Shown: positions 56,561 through 64,000 of the stretch, piece after piece | Numbering within the stretch: the first letter of the stretch is position 1 | Layout of the letters: each line of letters starts with the position of its first letter | Origin: Escherichia phage RB3 | DNA length: 64,000 nucleotides | Strand: one strand, 5' to 3' | Sequence record: KM606994 | Translations under genes and position numbers: made by a program | Notes under the pieces: generated by a model | Databases searched by the model: none | Seen by the model: only the letters and a program-made list of their open reading frames with translations | Told to the model about the DNA's origin: nothing

Positions 56561-58657
56561 TTATCCTTGAACGAACTTGTAAGGCATGTTTGTAATATCT
56601 ATGCAAGACGCAATAATTCCAAGAGATGATTCTGCTTTCTGTTTAACGTTTGATGAAACAAATGATGCAAAGTCAACTCTGTCTTCTATTTCAATATCAC
56701 CTGTCATTGCAACTACTTCACCGGTTTCCATTAAATGGTCTCCGTCATAGATTACCGATTCGGTGAGTTCTTCGGTGGTCATAACTTCAGCTTGAATGAG
56801 TTTTGTATTATTAGATGTTGTTCCGTCATTATTAGAAGCATCAGTTATTTTATTAACTTTGACCATCAATCCACGCGGTAGAATAACTTCAGCTTCTGTT
56901 GCTATTCCGAGACTTCCTGGATATACAACATTAACTTTATGAGCTCCATCAATTGCCCATCCTATTTGAACTTTAACGTATTCAGGATTTTCTTTATACG
57001 CTCTTATTTCGTTTGGATTAATAGTTATTCCTTCTTCATTTTTATCAACTGTTAATTCATTGCGAGCTTCTGGTTCTAAAAGACCAATACCAGCATGTGT
57101 AATTCCAAAACGTCCAAAAATGATAGGAGTTAAAGAAGTAGATACAAAATTTCTGAAATAGAACACTTTATTTTTAACTAGTGCTTCGTATATAGGAGCA
57201 GTCATACTTTGAGCACGATAAACTGTAATGCCTTCTGGTATACGGTCACCATTTTCAAAAGCTGAATCTAAATTATTTATCGCAGATTCAATTTCTTTTT
57301 CACTCATTACATCATATCGTTCTGGATTGTAGCGGCCTAAAAGAAGATTATTGATGTCAGTATATCCTGATCCACAATACTCTCTAATACCGCGCTTTTG
57401 CGATGGAGTATATTTAGAACCATCACGGGCAATAGTAATATCAATCATTGGACCTGCACCAATTCCAGAAAAACTATAAATCATTCGTTTGAGGAATTTA
57501 GTTTTTGCTGAGTTCCAAGAATTTTTAGTTATTTCTTCCCAGACTTCATCTGGCTGCCCTTTACGAGTTTTATTATGTTTATCAAGCCAATTATCTTTAT
57601 ATTCTTCAAAGAATTGATTAACAGCTGCTGCGTATTTCTCTAAACATTTTATTGAAGTAGTTGGTTCATTTTTAATCGCATTAAGAATTACATCTTTAAT
57701 TTTTTCAGAAACTTCATTAACCTCACTTTTTGAAAAGAATTTATAGTCATAGTGAAGTTCATCTGCGGTTCCTTCGGCAATGATTTTTGCTGCCTTAGTT
57801 TTAGAAGCTAATGAATTAATTCCAAGCTTCATTTCTTCTGCTTCGGGAATTAAAGGAGCAGTAGCAGGTTTATTGAAATTAGCTGCGGTAGATTCATACT
57901 TCTGGAATAATTCACTTTCAAATCTAGAAGACTCTAACGATTGACTTTGTGCAATTGCTCTACGTGAAATTTTAACTTTAACGATTACAGCTTGGTCAGA
58001 ACGTTTATCATTTTCTTGCGCAATAGATGCTGCAATTGCCTCATTTTTAGTTACTTGGGCTCCAGTATCTTTATTGATATAAACATCACCGACCTTCGAT
58101 TCAACTTTAGTAAAGAGCTCAGTACTAATTTCCGGAACTCCCGGAATGTCTTCTAGTGATACATTTTTGCGATGTATAAGAATATATGCATACTTTTTAT
58201 CGTAATCCCAGAGTTCCTTAAGAAGGACGTATCTGCCACCTGAACGACTGCGGATGAGTCTATCAGCAATAAGTTGAATTTGTCGAGCTTGACCGGCGGT
58301 TTTAGACTTAAGAATACGAAGCATGCAGGCATCAATTTTATACTGACGCATTGTTTGCATTGCAACAGTAAAAACCGAATTGATATAATTAATTGGGCTT
58401 GGACCAAGACCTTTCAATTTAGCAATTGAACCTTTAGCGGTTAATGTAAAAGGAACAATATGCATCATTTTATCGCCCATTTTTAAATCGCGATTAGTAT
58501 CACCTCCAGATGTATAGGTACATAAACGAAAGCCTGGTTGTTCAATTGCATCATCAACATGAACTGAAAAAATTTGCGGTATTTTCTTCTTTGGATTTAA
58601 GTTTGTAATCGGAAGAGTAGTATCTTCGTCAAATAATTCTGTAATAAGTTCCATCAT
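56561..58657 (-). CDS. alt: Alt ADP-ribosyltransferase (head-packaged)
   Basis: 698 aa (697 if second ATG used); ART motifs YRAQ, VSTSL, EAEVILPRG; minus-strand late promoter upstream; T4 position next to ligase gene 30. Confidence 0.85.
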   Translation of the reverse strand: MMELITELFDEDTTLPITNLNPKKKIPQIFSVHVDDAIEQPGFRLCTYTSGGDTNRDLKMGDKMMHIVPFTLTAKGSIAKLKGLGPSPINYINSVFTVAMQTMRQYKIDACMLRILKSKTAGQARQIQLIADRLIRSRSGGRYVLLKELWDYDKKYAYILIHRKNVSLEDIPGVPEISTELFTKVESKVGDVYINKDTGAQVTKNEAIAASIAQENDKRSDQAVIVKVKISRRAIAQSQSLESSRFESELFQKYESTAANFNKPATAPLIPEAEEMKLGINSLASKTKAAKIIAEGTADELHYDYKFFSKSEVNEVSEKIKDVILNAIKNEPTTSIKCLEKYAAAVNQFFEEYKDNWLDKHNKTRKGQPDEVWEEITKNSWNSAKTKFLKRMIYSFSGIGAGPMIDITIARDGSKYTPSQKRGIREYCGSGYTDINNLLLGRYNPERYDVMSEKEIESAINNLDSAFENGDRIPEGITVYRAQSMTAPIYEALVKNKVFYFRNFVSTSLTPIIFGRFGITHAGIGLLEPEARNELTVDKNEEGITINPNEIRAYKENPEYVKVQIGWAIDGAHKVNVVYPGSLGIATEAEVILPRGLMVKVNKITDASNNDGTTSNNTKLIQAEVMTTEELTESVIYDGDHLMETGEVVAMTGDIEIEDRVDFASFVSSNVKQKAESSLGIIASCIDITNMPYKFVQG

Positions 58658-58677
58658 AGCCTCTCTAGTGTTTATTC

Positions 58678-58685
58678 TATTTATA
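58678..58685 (-). promoter_or_regulatory. late promoter TATAAATA for alt
   Basis: Exact minus-strand consensus about 20 nt upstream of alt ATG. Confidence 0.55.
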
Positions 58686-58689
58686 AAAT

Positions 58690-58707
58690 TAAAGGCCCGA
58701 AGGCCTT
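58690..58707 (-). terminator. hairpin AAAGGCC-CGAA-GGCCTTT after ORF 58707-58895
   Basis: Perfect hairpin immediately after stop, followed by AATTTT on minus strand. Confidence 0.45.
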
Positions 58708-58895
58708 TAGTAATCTAGTGGTAAGAGAGTACGATATATTTCAAACTTCGGTCCTTTTTCATAGGCATCAAATGTTTCTGTAAATTTGTTATAAGCGTAT
58801 GCATCTACAAATTCGAGAATGACTTGTGATACAGAAGTAGAAACATCTCCACCTTCTTTTTGAGCAATGACAATTGTTTCTAAGTAAGCTTTCAT
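58707..58895 (-). CDS. hypothetical small protein (62 aa)
   Basis: ORF overlapping ligase stop (ATGA). Confidence 0.5.
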   Translation of the reverse strand: MKAYLETIVIAQKEGGDVSTSVSQVILEFVDAYAYNKFTETFDAYEKGPKFEIYRTLLPLDY

Positions 58896-60355
58896 AGACC
58901 AGTTACCTCATGAAAATCACCAAATACATCCTCGAATGTATTAGCTTTAGTTTTATCTTCACGTAAACGAATCGCAATCGGAAGAAATAATTTAACGTAA
59001 TCAGTGCGGCCATCAGATTTTAACCAACCGTTGCATTCGCACTCTAGAATTTTTCCAATATAATAATTTTGGTTTTCCATAATGCGAGTACGGTCAAGTT
59101 CATGCGATTTTACACCGGCTTTATCTTTTAAGCCTGAACCAGCATTTACTTTAATTTTTCCACACTCTGACTCAAGAATAAATCCACCTGCTTTAGTAGG
59201 GTCTTTACGGTGAGGATAAATTCCTACAATTTTTAAATCAACATCAATTACTTCTTTAAATTTATAGAGATTTTTTGAACGAGCATTTTCCCATAATCCA
59301 TCGATATTTTTGAGAATAATACCTTCAAGACCTTGGTCAATATACTTTTTATAAATTACCTTAGCTTCATCTAAGTTATTTACTACTTGGTTTTCAATTA
59401 AAATTACTTTATCATATCCTGATGTCATTTGTTCTAGTTTAGAAAAACGTACATCATATTTCAAACGAAATGCAGGAAGACCGTATATTTCTACCAACGG
59501 TACATAATCCCAGACCTGAAACTTCATGCACTGTGCTTCTTTTTCAGAAATGGTTCCCTTTAAAGATTTATTGGCGATGCCATTAGATGCAGTACGTGAT
59601 TCAGCTACTTCGGCGAATTCTTTAGCTTTACTAATTTCAGGATAAGCATCAAAAAGAAAATCTAGGCCTTCTGGCTCCTTTTTAACTTGCTCATGGTATA
59701 CCAATTCGCCATCAATTAACACACCTTCTGGATGAATCTGGCGGGCTTCAGCGGTCATTTTGATTAACTCTTCCTTAAGAAGATCTAATCCTAGATATTC
59801 ATTACCAGCTCGTGATAAAAGACGAACATCATCTAATTCATCACCTCTAACTTCAGCAAAACACCGAGCTCCATCAGCTTTTAACTGGGCAAAAGCTGGA
59901 AATTTGATATTCTTATTAATGCCTTTTTCATCATAAGAACTTGCAAGCATTTGAGGTTGTTCAGGAATTAAACCTGGCCAAACTTTGTTTGCAATAGATA
60001 CCGAAGCACCGCATTCAAGGTCTCGCATCATCACCCGACGCAAAACTTCAACATCATCTTTTTTACCGTCAGTAATATATCCAGTTAATTCCTCAATTGC
60101 CGCATTTCCAGTCAATTTCCGAGTAGCTAACGTGAATTCAATGAAGTCAAGCATATCGGTAAGAGTCAACATTCCAAAACTCTGGGTAGCAATACCAGGT
60201 TTAGGCCATTTCTTGATATAATACTGTAACCCACGAGAATAAGTCAGACGATATACCCGTTTAAGCAATTCATTATCTTTATTCTTTTCAAGAATTGCTT
60301 GCTTCTGCTTAGTTGAACCAATAGATGCTATTTCGTTCAGAATTTTAAGAATCAT
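58892..60355 (-). CDS. 30: gp30 ATP-dependent DNA ligase
   Basis: 487 aa, T4 length; adenylation motif KADGARC. Confidence 0.95.
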   Translation of the reverse strand: MILKILNEIASIGSTKQKQAILEKNKDNELLKRVYRLTYSRGLQYYIKKWPKPGIATQSFGMLTLTDMLDFIEFTLATRKLTGNAAIEELTGYITDGKKDDVEVLRRVMMRDLECGASVSIANKVWPGLIPEQPQMLASSYDEKGINKNIKFPAFAQLKADGARCFAEVRGDELDDVRLLSRAGNEYLGLDLLKEELIKMTAEARQIHPEGVLIDGELVYHEQVKKEPEGLDFLFDAYPEISKAKEFAEVAESRTASNGIANKSLKGTISEKEAQCMKFQVWDYVPLVEIYGLPAFRLKYDVRFSKLEQMTSGYDKVILIENQVVNNLDEAKVIYKKYIDQGLEGIILKNIDGLWENARSKNLYKFKEVIDVDLKIVGIYPHRKDPTKAGGFILESECGKIKVNAGSGLKDKAGVKSHELDRTRIMENQNYYIGKILECECNGWLKSDGRTDYVKLFLPIAIRLREDKTKANTFEDVFGDFHEVTGL

Positions 60356-60621
60356 TGTTCATCCTTTAGAGTTTGGTTTACAGCTCTATTATAAATCAAT
60401 TCATCATTAAGCTCAGTCAAAGACCTGTGGTACGTGGTTCTAACTTTATTTCCTTGCATCCAGTGCTTGACGTAAATGAAACCTTGCTCTACACATTTTT
60501 TAAAAATTCGTTCGTCTTTTTGAGCTCGGAATTCTGGATTGCATCTAAAAAATTGATTTACGTGACCGTAATCACGTGTAGTATTACCTTCATTTTCATA
60601 AATAGTATGAACAACAAACAT
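60352..60621 (-). CDS. hypothetical protein (30.1-like position)
   Basis: 89-aa ORF, ATG start, overlapping ligase start. Confidence 0.55.
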   Translation of the reverse strand: MFVVHTIYENEGNTTRDYGHVNQFFRCNPEFRAQKDERIFKKCVEQGFIYVKHWMQGNKVRTTYHRSLTELNDELIYNRAVNQTLKDEQ

Positions 60622-61460
60622 TAGAATGCTCCTTGGAAAATATTATCACCACTAGTAGGTCTATTATACAAATACCCTATGCCGCCAGGTTTAATATAGT
60701 TCCATGTCTGAAACGGATGTGTCTGATATGGATGATATAGATGATTATAAGGATTAAACCCAGGAGTTCTCCAGGTAGTGTTCCAAGGAAAAGAATCGTT
60801 TTTGATCATCTTCTCAATTACATCTTTTATAACTTTTTCACTATCAAAACTTTCTTTATTTTCCTTCGATGGAAAAAGCTTATTCTCTACATCATTCCAT
60901 GTATAAACTCGCTGTGCAGTTTTTGGAATACTGTCACGCTCCCCTCGAACCATCCAATAAACAGGAACATTTAATATTTCACTCGCGTGATCGCAATGGT
61001 GAGCGAGATCGTCAATATAACAAATTACGTTATATTTCTCTTTTGCCTTTTTGAACAACTCTTCTTTTGAAGAATCATGACTACACATCAGTACTTCTGA
61101 GAAGGCACCAGGAAAAAGAGCATTCAAATTAAATTGACGATTCAGCAGAGCGTCAATAGAATCACCCAATGCTGTAACAGCTACAAAATTATAATCTTCT
61201 TTTAATTTGTTAATTACACACAGGGCATCTTTATATGGAGACAAGTAACGAATAAAATCTGAACGATTGTATTTTTCAATTAACTTGACGCCAAGTTCTT
61301 CATCACAATTAAAGAGTTTACCAGGAGAAATAAATTTCTCATCTTGGATCATTTTTAAAATATGTTCTAACGGAAGATTATATTTCTGAGCAAAATAAGG
61401 AAGGCCTGATTGCCAGCTTAAACATACTCCATCAATATCAGTTAAAATAGTAGGCTTCAT
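60621..61460 (-). CDS. HAD-superfamily-like hydrolase (30.2-like position)
   Basis: 279 aa; N-terminal ILTDIDGV matches HAD DxDG motif I. Confidence 0.55.
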   Translation of the reverse strand: MKPTILTDIDGVCLSWQSGLPYFAQKYNLPLEHILKMIQDEKFISPGKLFNCDEELGVKLIEKYNRSDFIRYLSPYKDALCVINKLKEDYNFVAVTALGDSIDALLNRQFNLNALFPGAFSEVLMCSHDSSKEELFKKAKEKYNVICYIDDLAHHCDHASEILNVPVYWMVRGERDSIPKTAQRVYTWNDVENKLFPSKENKESFDSEKVIKDVIEKMIKNDSFPWNTTWRTPGFNPYNHLYHPYQTHPFQTWNYIKPGGIGYLYNRPTSGDNIFQGAF

Positions 61461-61915
61461 AGAGAGTCTCTTAATAGGTTTAACACATCAATAAATTCAG
61501 CTTCAGTTAGTATTGTATCATCTTTTGTTAGACCACTAGCCATGCTGTGCTTCAAAACTTTTCCTTTCGAGGCTTGTAATGCATCACGAAAGCCCTTGTT
61601 TTGGATCGCTGCTTCAAAATATGCATTTGTATACAGCTCTTTCCACGCCGGGGAGTATCTTGAAAACGGAACTCCAATCCAGAAGAGGGTCCCACGGTCC
61701 TGAGCTCTAGCATAAGACCTTCCAGCTTGTTGGGCGGCAAGCCCGGATAACCCAAATATACGACGTTGTTGTTCAACATTTTTCACCTTGCATCCTTGGA
61801 GGAATCCTTCAAGACCTCCAAATTGAATACCATCCATAACGAAAGGCCATTGGGCGAAATTACTTAATGCACATGATGGCCACCTAAAATTGTTTCTAAT
61901 CTCTAACTCAGACAT
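61457..61915 (-). CDS. NADAR (YbiA/DUF1768)-like protein (30.3-like position)
   Basis: ORF track TTG start trimmed to ATG 61915 (152 aa); motif LSNFAQWPFVMDGIQFGGLEGFLQGCK matches the NADAR N-terminal signature. Confidence 0.6.
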   Translation of the reverse strand: MSELEIRNNFRWPSCALSNFAQWPFVMDGIQFGGLEGFLQGCKVKNVEQQRRIFGLSGLAAQQAGRSYARAQDRGTLFWIGVPFSRYSPAWKELYTNAYFEAAIQNKGFRDALQASKGKVLKHSMASGLTKDDTILTEAEFIDVLNLLRDSL

Positions 61916-62114
61916 TTTCAATGCTTATAATTTCAACATCAGCCCAATGACCATAGCAAGGAAGACGAAATTCAACTGGCCAGTTAGGGTCCTTTTCTAA
62001 TATAATAGACTTAACTTGTGGTTCTTCATGTTCATCAGTATATGGATTTTTATCTGTTACTTTATATGTGACCTTAATGTACTGAATTCCAAAAATCTTA
62101 TTAATTATATTCAT
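61908..62114 (-). CDS. hypothetical small protein
   Basis: 68-aa ORF, ATG start, in overlapping gene chain. Confidence 0.5.
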   Translation of the reverse strand: MNIINKIFGIQYIKVTYKVTDKNPYTDEHEEPQVKSIILEKDPNWPVEFRLPCYGHWADVEIISIENV

Positions 62115-62308
62115 ACTAGTTCCTTTAATCCGTAAATAGGAGATAATTCATCACCCATACGAAGGTCTTCATTTCCATCTACCCAGGAAACAATATAAGC
62201 CTCTTTTATTTGAACACCACTCCATTTAAATGGAGGTAGAACCTTAGAAATTAATCCAGGTATACCAACTCCCTTTAATTCAACAGTTTGACCTAAAAAG
62301 AATTTCAT
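62111..62308 (-). CDS. hypothetical small protein
   Basis: 65-aa ORF, ATG start, ATGA/TAATG coupling to neighbours. Confidence 0.5.
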   Translation of the reverse strand: MKFFLGQTVELKGVGIPGLISKVLPPFKWSGVQIKEAYIVSWVDGNEDLRMGDELSPIYGLKELV

Positions 62309-62596
62309 TAGAACCTCATCTGAAAACCGTGCGATTTAACATTACCGCCACCAATATCAGAGATATTAATTTCGCGCGCAATTGAAGGGTCAATGTCAAT
62401 TTCGCGATTGAGTTTAGTGATAGCTAAAGTATCGCGCCCATTTACAGTACGAAACTCTAAAGGACAAACCACATCAACATAGTTTTTAATCGATTCGCTA
62501 GTAGGTTGCAAATGTGCAGGAAGGTCTTTAGGCGCCTTTGAGAAAACTACTTCGCAGAAGTTTTTACGGGTATCAAAATAAGTAGTCATAAACATA
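62308..62596 (-). CDS. hypothetical protein
   Basis: ORF track 62308-62646 trimmed to ATG 62596 (MFMTTYFD) with GAGGA Shine-Dalgarno; track extension would run through the hairpin at 62612-62627. Confidence 0.5.
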
Positions 62597-62611
62597 ACAT
62601 TTTCCTCAGTA

Positions 62612-62627
62612 AGGGGCCAAAGCCCCT
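62612..62627 (-). terminator. GC hairpin (AGGGGCC-AAAG-CCCCT family)
   Basis: Hairpin between stop of ORF 62636-63001 and start of next ORF. Confidence 0.4.
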
Positions 62628-62635
62628 CATTTATT

Positions 62636-63001
62636 TTAAATATCAAATTCGTTAAGAACTACATCAAAGATTGCTTCAAGATGCTCAGGTTTAGCTCTGT
62701 TACTCAGAATATGACGAATCCAAGTTTTAACCAAAAGCTTGCGATTAGCACCATTCCAGCAAGGATGAGTCCCTAAATCACGTTGACGAAAATCATCATC
62801 CAGAGCGATTTTGAAGTTTGAACCTTCCATTGTGATTGAAACCGTGATGCCATTTTCAAATCGCATATAAACGTAGTTAGGAGTCATATACTGTTCAATT
62901 TCGCATACTGATCCATTTTGATGTTTCCAAAGGCAGATGGTATCAATAGAACCTGCAATACCATTAGAAACATATTTACGTTCAAAGTTGATGTAGTTCA
63001 T
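62636..63001 (-). CDS. hypothetical protein
   Basis: ORF track TTG start at 63013 trimmed to ATG 63001 (MNYINF) with GGAGAATAAA Shine-Dalgarno. Confidence 0.5.
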   Translation of the reverse strand: MNYINFERKYVSNGIAGSIDTICLWKHQNGSVCEIEQYMTPNYVYMRFENGITVSITMEGSNFKIALDDDFRQRDLGTHPCWNGANRKLLVKTWIRHILSNRAKPEHLEAIFDVVLNEFDI

Positions 63002-63068
63002 TTTATTCTCCAAGATGTTTAATTGCGGTACAGGTATATAATATCATATCCTGCACCAAAGTAAACAA

Positions 63069-63401
63069 TTATTTTACTACTTTCCAATGCTGCATGTCAA
63101 GTTTACCAACTTTTTTCATCTTCTCAATTAAGCGTTCGGCACGTTGGCGAGCTGTAACATAATACCATTCACCTAATTCATTTTGTTCAATTTTTCCAAC
63201 GATTACTGTATTTAATTCATAAATCCAACCAGTAAAGAAATTATGAACTTGAATTGTAAAGGTGAAATCTGTTCCCATACCTTCTGTTGTTTCTACTTCA
63301 ATAATATCACCTTCAACTGCCATTAAGAACCACATAGTTTCATCATATTTACCATTGAAGCATTTAGTTTTAACTGCAGCGTTCAGATTAATCGTTTTCA
63401 T
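63069..63401 (-). CDS. hypothetical protein
   Basis: 110-aa ORF, ATG with GGAGAATAAA Shine-Dalgarno, early promoter just upstream. Confidence 0.55.
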   Translation of the reverse strand: MKTINLNAAVKTKCFNGKYDETMWFLMAVEGDIIEVETTEGMGTDFTFTIQVHNFFTGWIYELNTVIVGKIEQNELGEWYYVTARQRAERLIEKMKKVGKLDMQHWKVVK

Positions 63402-63428
63402 TTTATTCTCCTTTGTTTGTGTAAGATA

Positions 63429-63458
63429 ATACTATCACAAAGGAGCTATACTGTAAAC
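63429..63458 (-). promoter_or_regulatory. T4-type early promoter (GTTTAC -18 nt- TAGTAT)
   Basis: Minus-strand GTTTAC 63458-63453 and TAGTAT 63434-63429. Confidence 0.45.
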
Positions 63459-63477
63459 AACTTTATGCAATCTTTGG

Positions 63478-63507
63478 AAAATAAAAAAGGACTCCCGAAG
63501 GAGTCCT
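63478..63507 (-). terminator. rho-independent terminator
   Basis: Minus-strand hairpin GGACTCC-TTCG-GGAGTCC followed by TTTTTTATTTT, directly after stop of ORF 63512-63688. Confidence 0.65.
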
Positions 63508-63511
63508 CAAC

Positions 63512-63688
63512 TTATGCTTTCTGCTTACCAAAACGAGAAGCATCATCTCGAAGAACCGCACGCGCTCGGCGCATGATCTTCTCAACAGTTTGATTGATAC
63601 GAGAGTTCGACCCACGCTTGTAGCCAGCGCGTTTAGAATCACCAACTTTCTTTTCAACTGCTTTCTTTGCTTTAACTTGTTTTGCCAT
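63512..63688 (-). CDS. small highly basic protein (58 aa)
   Basis: ORF track 72 aa trimmed to ATG 63688 (MAKQVKAKK...); Lys/Arg-rich. Confidence 0.45.
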   Translation of the reverse strand: MAKQVKAKKAVEKKVGDSKRAGYKRGSNSRINQTVEKIMRRARAVLRDDASRFGKQKA

Positions 63689-64000
63689 TATAAATTCTCT
63701 TTTAAATGAAAATGCAGGACTTATTGGCATTGCCTGCGCAAGCCCTCAAGGGGAACATAGGTTTTTGGATATTTAACGACCAGGATAACCATAAACCCGT
63801 CATCATTCACATTCAAGAGGTACACCGTAAAACTGCCGAGGTCTTAAAACTATAATGATTCGCAAATCATTAATCAGACAGTTCGACGGCTCCTCGATTT
63901 TAGCTCACACTAAGGTAGTGAATCTCCAATAAATTACTTCAATGTTACCACAAAGTGACGAACTGCTTTTCGTGCAGCAGAAGCCAGAGGCTTAGCATAT

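Overview
This window is a T4-like (Tevenvirinae) myovirus genome segment, read from the sequence and the ORF track by recognising protein lengths, motifs and gene order; no database search was run. Layout: (1) 1-2885, minus-strand early accessory genes (small membrane proteins, a coiled-coil protein); (2) 3078-4251, a minus-strand tRNA cluster of 10 tRNAs plus about 265 nt of putative tRNA-like stable RNA and a terminator; (3) 4349-6000, the hypervariable internal-protein (ipI) locus with two capsid-targeting-sequence proteins behind repeated early promoters; (4) 6003-9376, genes 57B, 57A, 1, 3, 2, 4 (minus); (5) 9424-39981, the late structural block 53, 5, 5.1, 5.4, 6-12, wac, 13-20, 67, 68, 21-24 (plus), interrupted by an HNH endonuclease between 18 and 19; (6) rnlB, hoc, inh (minus), a SegE-like GIY-YIG endonuclease, uvsW and uvsW.1 (plus), uvsY, 25, 26 (minus), and 51, 27, 28, 29, 48, 54 (plus); (7) 54149-63688, two tandem Alt-family ADP-ribosyltransferase genes, DNA ligase 30 and 30.x-like early genes including a NADAR-like and a HAD-like protein (minus). 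Most unusual: the ip locus, the duplicated Alt genes beside a NADAR-like gene, the enlarged tRNA set, and the two homing-endonuclease insertions. Several ORF-track starts are over-extended (TTG or longest-ORF artefacts) and were trimmed to ATG or GTG starts with a Shine-Dalgarno sequence.
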